A stretch of 64,000 nucleotides of DNA from Janthinobacterium lividum (GTDB lineage: Bacteria > Pseudomonadota > Gammaproteobacteria > Burkholderiales > Burkholderiaceae_C): assembly GCA_050954325.1 (NCBI GenBank), contig JBPBPG010000002.1, positions 1,005,371 through 1,069,370 on the forward strand, in the 5' to 3' direction. Of the stretch, positions 55,874-64,000 are shown piece after piece. Made by a program: the position numbers and the translations under genes. The notes under the pieces were generated by a model. It did no database searches and was not told where the DNA came from. It worked only from the letters and a program-made list of their open reading frames with translations. Each line of letters begins with the position of its first letter. Position 1 is the stretch's first letter.

Positions 55874-57063
55874 GAATCTCGTCGCGCGCCGAGCGCATCG
55901 AACCGTTCTATGTGATGGAGGTCGCCAAGGCCGCGGGCGCCCTGGCGCGCGAGGTGGCGCACACCGACCGGCCGATGATTTTCCTGAACGTCGGCGAGCC
56001 CGACCTCACCGCGCCGCCGCTGGTGCAGGAGGCTGCCATGCGCGCGGTGCGCGCCGGCGCGACGCAGTACACGCATGCGACCGGCCTCGACGCGCTGCGC
56101 GAGAAGATCGGCACCTGGTACCGGCAGCGCTTCGGCATCGACGTGCCGGCACGTCGCATCGTGATCACCGCCGGCGCTTCGGCAGCGCTGCAGCTGGCCT
56201 GTCTGGCGCTGATCGAGGCGGACGACGAGGTGCTCCTGCCCGATCCAAGCTACCCGTGCAACCGGCATTTCGTGACCGCTGCAGACGGTCGGGCGGTATT
56301 GATCCCCACGACGGCCGCCGAGCGCTTCCAGCTCAGCGCCGACAAGGTCGAGGCGGCGTGGACCGATCGAACGCGCGGCGTGCTCCTGGCCTCGCCCTCG
56401 AACCCGACCGGCACCTCGATCGCGCCGGACGAACTGCGCCGCATCCACGAAATCGTGAGCCGGCGCGGCGGCATCACGATCGTCGACGAAATCTACCTCG
56501 GCCTGTCCTACGACGAACAGTTCGGGCACACGGCACTTGCGATCGACGACCAGATCATCAGCATCAACAGCTTCAGCAAGTACTTCGGCATGACCGGCTG
56601 GCGGCTCGGCTGGATGGTGGTGCCCGACGCCATCGTGCCGGCGGTCGAGCGGCTGGCGCAGAACCTGTTCATCTGCGCGAGCACGGTGTCGCAGTACGCA
56701 GCGCTGGCCTGCTTCGAAAGCGCGAGCATCGCCGAGTACGACCGCCGCCGGGCCGAATTCAAGGCGCGGCGCGACTGGTTCATCCCGCAGCTGAACGCGC
56801 TCGGCCTCCCTGTGCCGGTCATGCCCGACGGCGCGTTCTACGCCTGGGCCGACTGCACCGACTTCGCCCGTCGGCTCGGCATTTCGGGCAGCTGGGATTT
56901 CGCCTACGAGGTCATGCAGCGCGCCCACGTCGCGATCACGCCGGGCCGGGATTTCGGCAGCGCCGATACCGGCAGCTTCGTGCGTTTCTCGACCGCCAGT
57001 TCGATGGCGCACCTCGAAGCGGCGATCGTTCGCCTGGCCGCGCTCAAGGCCTCTGCCGCATGA
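55870..57063 (+). CDS. PLP-dependent aminotransferase class I/II
   Basis: [32 protein letters not shown]; GTG start at 55870. Confidence 0.92.
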   Translation: MRISSRAERIEPFYVMEVAKAAGALAREVAHTDRPMIFLNVGEPDLTAPPLVQEAAMRAVRAGATQYTHATGLDALREKIGTWYRQRFGIDVPARRIVITAGASAALQLACLALIEADDEVLLPDPSYPCNRHFVTAADGRAVLIPTTAAERFQLSADKVEAAWTDRTRGVLLASPSNPTGTSIAPDELRRIHEIVSRRGGITIVDEIYLGLSYDEQFGHTALAIDDQIISINSFSKYFGMTGWRLGWMVVPDAIVPAVERLAQNLFICASTVSQYAALACFESASIAEYDRRRAEFKARRDWFIPQLNALGLPVPVMPDGAFYAWADCTDFARRLGISGSWDFAYEVMQRAHVAITPGRDFGSADTGSFVRFSTASSMAHLEAAIVRLAALKASAA

Positions 57064-57533
57064 GCTTCGCTTTCGACGTCCGCGTGTACTGGGAAGACAC
57101 CGACGCCGGCGGCATCGTCTTCTATGCGAACTACCTGAAATTCATGGAACGCGCGCGCACCGAATGGCTGCGCTCGCTCGGCATCGCGCAGCACACCTTG
57201 CGCGAAACCGCCGGCGGCATGTTCGTGGTCAGCGAGACGCAGCTCAAGTACCACCGCCCGACGCGATTGGACGATGAACTCCGCGTGACGGCGGAGCTCC
57301 GACAGATCGGGTCGGCCTCGCTGATAATCGGCCAGCGCGTGCTGCTGAAACCGGTGCCGGCGCCGGACCGGGAGCTCGAACAACCGTCCGACCCGCAGCT
57401 TCTGGTCTGCGAAGGCACGATCCGCATCGGCTGGGTCGACGACACCACGCTTCGCCCCGCACGCATGCCGCGCGATGTCGCGGGAACCCTCGAGCGCTAT
57501 CGCATCGCCTTGTCTCACACTTTCACGTCATGA
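57060..57533 (+). CDS. ybgC: tol-pal-associated acyl-CoA thioesterase
   Basis: VYWEDTDAGGIVFYANYLKFMERARTE. Confidence 0.95.
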   Translation: MSFAFDVRVYWEDTDAGGIVFYANYLKFMERARTEWLRSLGIAQHTLRETAGGMFVVSETQLKYHRPTRLDDELRVTAELRQIGSASLIIGQRVLLKPVPAPDRELEQPSDPQLLVCEGTIRIGWVDDTTLRPARMPRDVAGTLERYRIALSHTFTS

Positions 57534-58249
57534 ACCAAGATCTCTCCATCGTCACCCTTCTCCTGCACGCGAGCTTCGTCGTGCAGTTGGTCGTGCTCTT
57601 GCTGGTGGGCATCTCCATCGCCAGTTGGGCCGCGATCTTTCGCAAGTATTTCGCGCTCAAGCGGATGCGCTCGCTCAACGACGAGTTCGAGCGCGACTTC
57701 TGGTCGGGCACCAGCCTGAACGAACTTTTCGCATCGGCGGCACAGAACGCCAAACTGTCGGGGCCGATGGAACGCATCTTCGCGTCCGGCATGCGGGAGT
57801 ACCAGAAGCTGCGCGAACGCCAAGTGTCGGACGCCGGCACGCTGCTCGACGGCGCCCGCCGCGCCATGCGCGCGAGCTTCCAGCGCGAGCTCGACGTGGC
57901 CGAATCCAACCTGTCCTTTCTCGCGACCGTCGGCTCGGTGTCGCCGTACGTCGGGCTGTTCGGCACGGTCTGGGGGATCATGCATGCGTTCACCGGCCTG
58001 GCCGCGCTCGCGCAGGTGACGCTCGCGACCGTCGCGCCGGGCATCGCCGAAGCGTTGGTCGCGACCGCCATCGGCCTGTTCGCCGCGATTCCGGCGGTGG
58101 TCAGCTACAACCGGTTCGCGCGCGAGATCGACAAGATCGCCATCGCGCTGGAAACCTTCACCGAAGAGTTCTCCAACATCCTGCAGCGCAACCTGTCGAC
58201 GCACGTTCCGGCGGGAGCCGCGGGGCAAGCATCCTCCACCGGCCGCTGA
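57530..58249 (+). CDS. tolQ: TolQ
   Basis: FLATVGSVSPYVGLFGTVWGIM, APGIAEALVATAIGL. Confidence 0.96.
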   Translation: MNQDLSIVTLLLHASFVVQLVVLLLVGISIASWAAIFRKYFALKRMRSLNDEFERDFWSGTSLNELFASAAQNAKLSGPMERIFASGMREYQKLRERQVSDAGTLLDGARRAMRASFQRELDVAESNLSFLATVGSVSPYVGLFGTVWGIMHAFTGLAALAQVTLATVAPGIAEALVATAIGLFAAIPAVVSYNRFAREIDKIAIALETFTEEFSNILQRNLSTHVPAGAAGQASSTGR

Positions 58250-58273
58250 GCCACACCGACCGGAGCACAGTTC

Positions 58274-58711
58274 ATGGCCGCAGTTTCATCCCGAGGGCGC
58301 GGGCGTCGCACCATCAACGAGATCAACATGGTCCCGTTCATCGACGTGATGCTGGTGCTGCTGATCATTTTCATGGTTACGGCCCCGCTCATCACGCCGA
58401 GCGTGATCAACCTGCCGAGCGTCGACCGGGCCAACAAGCAGCCCGACAAACCGATCGAGATCGTGATCAAGTCCGACGACGAGATCCAGGTCAAGAAAGA
58501 CGCATCGAGCGGAACCGGCGGCGCCAACGTGCCGTTCACGCAGATCGGCAAGACCGTTCTGGCCGCACAGGGCGGCGACGCCCAGCGCCCGGTCGTGATC
58601 AGCGCCGACAAGTCGGTGAAGTACGAAACGGTGGTCAAGGCCATGAACGAACTCAAGCGCGCCGGCGTCGAGCGCGTGGGGCTCTCGGTCACCACCAACG
58701 GCGCGAAATAA
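58274..58711 (+). CDS. tolR: TolR
   Basis: EINMVPFIDVMLVLLIIFMVTAP. Confidence 0.95.
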   Translation: MAAVSSRGRGRRTINEINMVPFIDVMLVLLIIFMVTAPLITPSVINLPSVDRANKQPDKPIEIVIKSDDEIQVKKDASSGTGGANVPFTQIGKTVLAAQGGDAQRPVVISADKSVKYETVVKAMNELKRAGVERVGLSVTTNGAK

Positions 58712-58714
58712 GGA

Positions 58715-59785
58715 ATGTCGCTCGCTGCCGATCGCCCCGAGTTCGCGCCGCCGCCGCAGCGCGGAACGCCACGTGCGATCGTCTTCGCGCTGCTGGCGCA
58801 CGTCGTGCTCATCGCGGCGCTGACTTGGGGAGTGCACTGGAAACGCGACGCGGAGGACGACGCGGTCGAGGCGGAGATCTGGTCGACCACGGTGCAGCGC
58901 GCCGCGCAGCGCCTCTCGCAACCGCCTGCCCCGACGCCTGCCCCGGTGACGCCCCCTCCGCCGCCGCCACCGCCCGCTCTGGCACCCCGACCGGCACCGC
59001 CGCCCCCACCGCCGACGCCCGCGGTCCGCGCAGCCGATCCGACTCCCGCACCCCGCGCCCCGGACATCGCTCTGGAACGCGAGAAGAAGGCCAGGGAACA
59101 GAAGGAACGCGAACTGGAGCAGGCGCGCCAGGACAAGAAGGTCGAGACGGCCCGTAGAGCCGCGCAGGAAAAGAAGGAGCTGGAAGCCAGGCAGCGCGCC
59201 GAGGAGCAAGCGCAGGACCGCAAGGAAGCGCAGCAGAAAGTCGTGGCCGATGCGCGCAGGAAGAAAGAGGCCGAGCAGAAGCAGGCCGAAGCCAAGCAGG
59301 CCGAAGCGAAGCAGGCACAGGTCGAAGCGGCCAAGAAGAAGGAAGCCGACGCGAAACAGGCCCAGGCCGAAGCCGCGAAGAAAACCGCTGCGGCCGAGGC
59401 CGGCAAGCAGGCGGCGGCAGACCGTGCGGCGACGCTCAAGCGGATGCAAGGCTTGGCCGGCGCAAGTGGCGACGACGGCGCCACCGGCAACGCCCTCAAG
59501 TCGAGCGGCCCTTCCGGGAGCTACGGTGCCAAGGTCGCGGCCGCCGTGCGGCCTAACGTCGTCTTTCCCGATGCGGACCTGGTCGACGGCAACCCGAAGG
59601 CCGAATTCGAAGTCAAGCTCGCGCCCGACGGCACGATCGTCGGCGTCAGGCTGGTGAAGTCGAGCGGTCTGCCCAATTGGGATCAGGCGGCCGAGCGCGG
59701 CCTTCGCAAGACCGATAAACTGCCGCGCGACAACGACGGCCGGACTTTCCCGTCGCTGGTCGTGGCGCTTCAGCCCAAGCGCTGA
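58715..59785 (+). CDS. tolA: TolA
   Basis: TM anchor with H-x-x-L, Pro-rich linker, Ala/Glu/Lys helix, TonB-C-like C-terminus. Confidence 0.92.
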   Translation: MSLAADRPEFAPPPQRGTPRAIVFALLAHVVLIAALTWGVHWKRDAEDDAVEAEIWSTTVQRAAQRLSQPPAPTPAPVTPPPPPPPPALAPRPAPPPPPPTPAVRAADPTPAPRAPDIALEREKKAREQKERELEQARQDKKVETARRAAQEKKELEARQRAEEQAQDRKEAQQKVVADARRKKEAEQKQAEAKQAEAKQAQVEAAKKKEADAKQAQAEAAKKTAAAEAGKQAAADRAATLKRMQGLAGASGDDGATGNALKSSGPSGSYGAKVAAAVRPNVVFPDADLVDGNPKAEFEVKLAPDGTIVGVRLVKSSGLPNWDQAAERGLRKTDKLPRDNDGRTFPSLVVALQPKR

Positions 59786-59813
59786 TCGCCCGCGGGCCGA
59801 TCGGCGCCGACTT

Positions 59814-60680
59814 TCATTTCACCACCGACTTCACCGCCGAAGCCGAGCGCCAGAGCTGGGACTTGGCCGCGTCGCGCCAGGGCTGCACGCCCACCGGCGC
59901 CGGCCGCATCCCGACCCGGCCGAGCACGCGCCGCGCGGAATGGTTGAAGGACAGTGCACGTCGCCAGCCCATCGATTGCCGGGTATTGAAGATCACCGAC
60001 ATCGAGATCGACACATCGTCGTTCCCATTGCGCACGTGATGACCTGCCACGAAGGGAATGTGCAAGGCCTCGCCGGGTTCGAAAGTATGTCTGATGCCCA
60101 GCTTTTCGCGCTCGGGCGACCACGGAAGCCGCGTGTTCGCGTACGCCACGTAGGCCTCCCGGTTCGCAGCGCTCACCACCCGCTCGTCCCATTGCGGAAA
60201 AACGCAGATTTCCTTGGTGCCGCGGAACTGCATCAGGAAGGTCGAGTAGCGATCGATATGGAATGGCGTCACGCTGCCGGGCGACGCGATGAACAGGTAG
60301 AGCTGGGCGTCGATGGCCTGCGTGCCGACGCCGTATCGGCGCATGAGCGTTTCGACATCGGCGATCAGTTCCCGGTGCAGCGGTGCGAACGACGGCTCGA
60401 TCTCCGGACCGCTGACCATGATGTAGGAGTTGGATGTGCGGATGCTCTCGATCGTCTGCTCGATGCTGCGATCGGCCGGCCGATCGCGAAACGTCGTCTC
60501 GAAATCATCGCCGTTCGCGAGACGCTTCATCGAATACATCACGCGCTCTTTCGGCAACGCCGGAATCACACGCGAAAGATTTTCCAGACTCAGCGCCGGG
60601 TGTCCGAGCAGCGTATGCCGAAACTTGAAAGGTTCACGGTCGAACCCGTCGAAGACCGCGCCATCCTCGAAACTGTGCAT
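59814..60680 (-). CDS. JmjC/cupin-like Fe(II)/2OG oxygenase, paralog 1 (288 aa)
   Basis: LFIASPGSVTPFHIDRY...GEALHIPFVAGHHVRN (HxD...H triad); AGAGGAG RBS before ATG at 60680. Confidence 0.8.
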   Translation of the reverse strand: MHSFEDGAVFDGFDREPFKFRHTLLGHPALSLENLSRVIPALPKERVMYSMKRLANGDDFETTFRDRPADRSIEQTIESIRTSNSYIMVSGPEIEPSFAPLHRELIADVETLMRRYGVGTQAIDAQLYLFIASPGSVTPFHIDRYSTFLMQFRGTKEICVFPQWDERVVSAANREAYVAYANTRLPWSPEREKLGIRHTFEPGEALHIPFVAGHHVRNGNDDVSISMSVIFNTRQSMGWRRALSFNHSARRVLGRVGMRPAPVGVQPWRDAAKSQLWRSASAVKSVVK

Positions 60681-60781
60681 CGCAGCTTCTCCTCTGAATT
60701 GCGCTTTGATCGGCGCGAAGAAATGCAGTCGTTCTATTCGAAAATACCGACTGCAAGCTGACCAGCATCGTCGGGCACCGG

Positions 60782-61651
60782 CTATCGAAGCGTGTTGCGG
60801 ACCTTGCGCATCGCCCGCCACATGTACGACTTGCCGGCATCCCGCCAAGCCTGATGTCCCACGGGCGCGGGCTTCATGCCGACCCTTCGCAGCGGACCCC
60901 GCGTGGCGTGGTTGAACCGAAGCGCGTTCTGCCACGCCAGACTTTCGCGGGTGCTGAAGAAGATCGACAGCGAAATCGAAACGTCTTCCGGCCCGTTGCG
61001 GACATGGTGGCCGGCCGTGAACGGAATGTGGACCGCATCGCCGGGCCGAAAGTCGTGCTTGGTCGCCAGCGTGTCGAATTCGGGCTTCCAGGGCAGCTTG
61101 GTGCTCTGGGCCGCGATGTACGCTTCGCGATCTTGCTGGCTCACCAATTGCTCGTTCCATTGCGGAAAGACGGAAACTTCCTTGCTGCCACGAATCTGCA
61201 TCAGGAAATTCGAATAGCGGTCGATGTGGAACGGCGTGACGCTGTTGGGCGATGCGATGAACAGATAGAGACGCGGGTCGACGACGCGCGTACCGACGCC
61301 ACGGCGGCGCATCACGCTTTCGACATCGGAAATCAGTTCACGGTAGAGCGACTTGAAGGAGGCGTCTTCCTCGGGACCGTCGACCATGATGTAGGAGTTC
61401 GAAGCGCGTATCTCCTCGATCGTTTCCTCGATGGTTCGGGTCTTCGGCGGCCCCTTGCACATCACGGATTCGAAATCGTCACCGTTCTGGAGCAGGCCTT
61501 TCGAATACCGCACTCTCCCCTCGGAAAGCGCTGGCAGCGAGCAGGAAAGGCTTTCGAGGCTCAGTGCGGGATGTTCCGCCAGTTTGTGCTGGAACTTGAA
61601 GGTCTCACGGTCCAGGAGGTCGAGCGAAGGCGAATCTTCAAAACAGCGCAT
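60782..61651 (-). CDS. JmjC/cupin-like Fe(II)/2OG oxygenase, paralog 2 (289 aa)
   Basis: LFIASPNSVTPFHIDRY...GDAVHIPFTAGHHVRN; co-linear with paralog 1. Confidence 0.8.
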   Translation of the reverse strand: MRCFEDSPSLDLLDRETFKFQHKLAEHPALSLESLSCSLPALSEGRVRYSKGLLQNGDDFESVMCKGPPKTRTIEETIEEIRASNSYIMVDGPEEDASFKSLYRELISDVESVMRRRGVGTRVVDPRLYLFIASPNSVTPFHIDRYSNFLMQIRGSKEVSVFPQWNEQLVSQQDREAYIAAQSTKLPWKPEFDTLATKHDFRPGDAVHIPFTAGHHVRNGPEDVSISLSIFFSTRESLAWQNALRFNHATRGPLRRVGMKPAPVGHQAWRDAGKSYMWRAMRKVRNTLR

Positions 61652-61786
61652 ACGGTGGATTCCGGTAGATCAAGGTGGAGTGCTGGCGTAACGTCGAAGC
61701 AGCTGCTTTGTTACGAAAATCTGTCCAAATGTAACCCCGCCATGCCGTTCCGACGTCGTAGTTTCCAAAGTAAGAGGTCTAAATGA

Positions 61787-64000
61787 CTACTCGTACACGA
61801 TAACGGCCTGCCCGGCTTCCGCTTGCGCGGTCCAGCCGGCCAGCGCCGCGTCGTTCGGGAAGAACTTGGCGTTCTCGCCGAGTTGCAACTCGACCCGCGC
61901 TCCCGCCCGCGCCAGCGTGAGGCGCACCGGCATCCCCTGGCGCACCTCGCCCGCCTCGGTGGTTTCCAGGCGTGGAGGAAAGTCTTTGACGAGCCGGGCG
62001 ATGTCGGGTGCCTTGCCGTTGACCGCCACCCGCAGGAACTTGCCGAAGCGGCATCGCGCGCTCGCCAGATCCCAGACCTGCTGCACCTGGAAGCGCGCTT
62101 CGAAGCCGCCACGTCCGGGCTGCAACCGGCCGCTGACGATCACCAGTTCATCGTCTTTGAGCGTGTTGCGGTTGGCGTTCATCACGGCCTCGTCGGCGGT
62201 CGCCTCGATCGATGCGGACTTGTCGTCGAGCTTGAAGATCGCGAGCCGCCCGCGCTGGCCGTTGATGACGCGCAGGTCGCTGACGATGCCGGCGATCACC
62301 TGGTGCTCGCGCGTGTCGAGCAGCTCGTCGATCTCGCGCTTGCAAAAGCGCCGCACTTCGTGCGCCACTTCGTCGAACAGATGGCCCGACAGATAGAAGC
62401 CGACAGCGACCTTCTCGAACGTGAGCCGTTCCTTGACGCCCCATTGCACCGCCGCGACGAGTTCCGGCTCCGCCGCCGCCGAACCGTGCTCGCTGTCGCC
62501 GAAAATGTCGACCTGAGCGACGTTCGCCTGCGTGGCACTGGCGAATTCGAAGGCGCGGTCGATCGAGGCTACGAGCGAAGCGCGGTTGTCGTGGATGGCG
62601 TCGAAGGCGCCGGCCTTGACCAGCGCCTCGACCGTGCGCTTGTTGATACGCTGGCGGTCGACCCGCACGCAGAAGTCGTAGAGGCTGCCGAACGGTCCGC
62701 CCTCCTCGCGCGCCTTGACGATGGCCTCGACCGCGAGCTGGCCGGTGCCCTTGACGGCGCCCAGGCCGTAGCGGATCGACTTGTCGGTCACCGGCTCGAA
62801 ACGGTAGTTGCCGCTGTTCACGTCCGGTGACTCGAAGGTGATGCCGAAATTCTTGACCGCGTCCTCGAACAGCACCTTGAGTTTGTCGGTGTCGTCCATC
62901 TCCACGGTCATGTTGGCGCAGAAGAACTCGGCCGTGTAGTGCACCTTCAGCCAGCCGGTGTGGTACGCCAGCAGCGAGTAGGCGGCGGCGTGCGACTTGT
63001 TGAAGCCGTAGCCCGCGAACTTCTCCATCAGGTCGAAGATCTCGTCGGCCTTGTCCTGCGGGATGCCGTGGGTCGCCAGCGCGCCGGAGCGGAACTTGTC
63101 GCGGTGCTCGGCCATTTCTTCGAGCTTCTTCTTGCCCATCGCACGGCGCAGCAGATCGGCGCCGCCGAGCGAATAGCCGCCCAGGATCTGCGCGGTCTGC
63201 ATGACCTGCTCCTGGTAGACCATGATCCCGTAGGTCTCGGACAGCATCTCGGCCACGGCCGGATGCGGGTATTCCACGTCCTCGCGGCCGTGCTTGCGCG
63301 CCACGAAGCTCGGGATCAGGTCCATCGGGCCGGGGCGGTACAACGCGTTCAGCGCGATCAGGTCCTCCAGGCGCGTCGGCCGGGCGTCCTTCAGCATGCC
63401 CTGCATGCCGCGCGACTCGAACTGGAACACGGCCTCGGTCTTGCCCTCGGAGAACAGCCGGTAGGTCGGCACGTCGTCGAGCGCGATGTCCTCGTAGTTG
63501 AAGTTCTCCTGCCCGGCGTGGCGCTTGGCGATGAACTCGCGCGCGATCTCCAGGATGGTGAGCGTGGCCAGGCCCAGGAAGTCGAACTTCACCAGCCCGA
63601 TCGATTCGACATCGTCCTTGTCGTACTGGCTCACCGCCGAATCGCTGCCGGGCTGCTGGTAGAGCGGACAGAAATCGGTGAGCTTGCCCGGTGCGATCAC
63701 CACGCCGCCGGCATGCATGCCGATGTTGCGCGTCATGCCTTCGAGTTTCTGCGCCAGCTCGACCAGCATGCGCACCTCCTCTTCCTTCTCGATACGCGCG
63801 GCGAGCTGCGGCTCCATCTCGATGGCGTAGTTGTTCTTGTCGCCCTCCTTCTTCGGGTTCGGCGGGTACTGGATCGTCACCGGCTGGCCGGGCTTGTTCG
63901 GGATCAGCTTGCTGATGCCGTCGCAGAACATGTAGCTCATGTCCAGCACGCGGCCGACGTCGCGGATCGCCGCGCGCGCGGCCATGGTGCCGAAGGTGGC
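61787..64000 (-). CDS. dnaE: DNA polymerase III alpha subunit (5' end outside the window)
   Basis: GMHAGGVVIAP, GLVKFDFLGLATLT, ALYRPGP, YQEQVMQ, FAGYGFNKSHAAAY. Confidence 0.98.
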   Translation of the reverse strand, partial: ATFGTMAARAAIRDVGRVLDMSYMFCDGISKLIPNKPGQPVTIQYPPNPKKEGDKNNYAIEMEPQLAARIEKEEEVRMLVELAQKLEGMTRNIGMHAGGVVIAPGKLTDFCPLYQQPGSDSAVSQYDKDDVESIGLVKFDFLGLATLTILEIAREFIAKRHAGQENFNYEDIALDDVPTYRLFSEGKTEAVFQFESRGMQGMLKDARPTRLEDLIALNALYRPGPMDLIPSFVARKHGREDVEYPHPAVAEMLSETYGIMVYQEQVMQTAQILGGYSLGGADLLRRAMGKKKLEEMAEHRDKFRSGALATHGIPQDKADEIFDLMEKFAGYGFNKSHAAAYSLLAYHTGWLKVHYTAEFFCANMTVEMDDTDKLKVLFEDAVKNFGITFESPDVNSGNYRFEPVTDKSIRYGLGAVKGTGQLAVEAIVKAREEGGPFGSLYDFCVRVDRQRINKRTVEALVKAGAFDAIHDNRASLVASIDRAFEFASATQANVAQVDIFGDSEHGSAAAEPELVAAVQWGVKERLTFEKVAVGFYLSGHLFDEVAHEVRRFCKREIDELLDTREHQVIAGIVSDLRVINGQRGRLAIFKLDDKSASIEATADEAVMNANRNTLKDDELVIVSGRLQPGRGGFEARFQVQQVWDLASARCRFGKFLRVAVNGKAPDIARLVKDFPPRLETTEAGEVRQGMPVRLTLARAGARVELQLGENAKFFPNDAALAGWTAQAEAGQAVIVYE

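Noticed and set aside
58920-59460. Pro-rich and AEAKQ repeats in tolA; low-complexity linker in DUF349
   Set aside because: These are normal features of these protein families.
60681-61160. N-terminal extension of JmjC paralog 1 in the ORF track (to 61160)
   Set aside because: It overlaps paralog 2. The RBS and alignment to the paralog support a start at 60680.
61787-64000. Intein or split in dnaE
   Set aside because: The visible part is continuous, of normal length, and has no intein motifs.

Overview
High-GC betaproteobacterial chromosome segment. Gene content and synteny suggest Comamonadaceae, Variovorax-like (inference). Positions ~25.1-64 kb are mostly core genes: tRNA-Ser(GCT), lysC-tilS-accA-alkA-cysS, ppiA/ppiB-lpxH-mtfA, DUF349, DUF748, an SLT transglycosylase, a ZTP riboswitch before glyA-nrdR, a minor-pilin cluster (pilV-W-X-Y1-fimT, no pilE), ribD-ribE-ribBX-ribH-nusB, ybgC-tolQRA and the 3' part of dnaE. 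Two tandem JmjC/cupin oxygenase paralogs lie between tolA and dnaE. Positions ~0.45-25 kb form an accessory patchwork beyond the tRNA 3' end. It holds (i) a complete Nit1C/MSMEG_0565-0572 cluster with a glycosyltransferase, under a divergent MocR regulator, with a repeat-rich intergenic region and sigma54-like promoters; (ii) a DUF4760 membrane gene preceded by an unannotated, RBS-bearing 14-codon ORF; (iii) an uncharacterised LysR-controlled acyl-CoA catabolic cluster (two PPC/DUF296 proteins, SDR, HDCF thiolase, CoA ligase, TRAP); and (iv) several orphan or small genes. The best candidates for undescribed biology are the sORF-DUF4760 module, the PPC-pair catabolic cluster, the MocR/sigma54-controlled Nit1C variant and the tandem JmjC pair. 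No CRISPR array, integrase or IS element was seen. All family calls are from motif recognition by eye; no searches were run.
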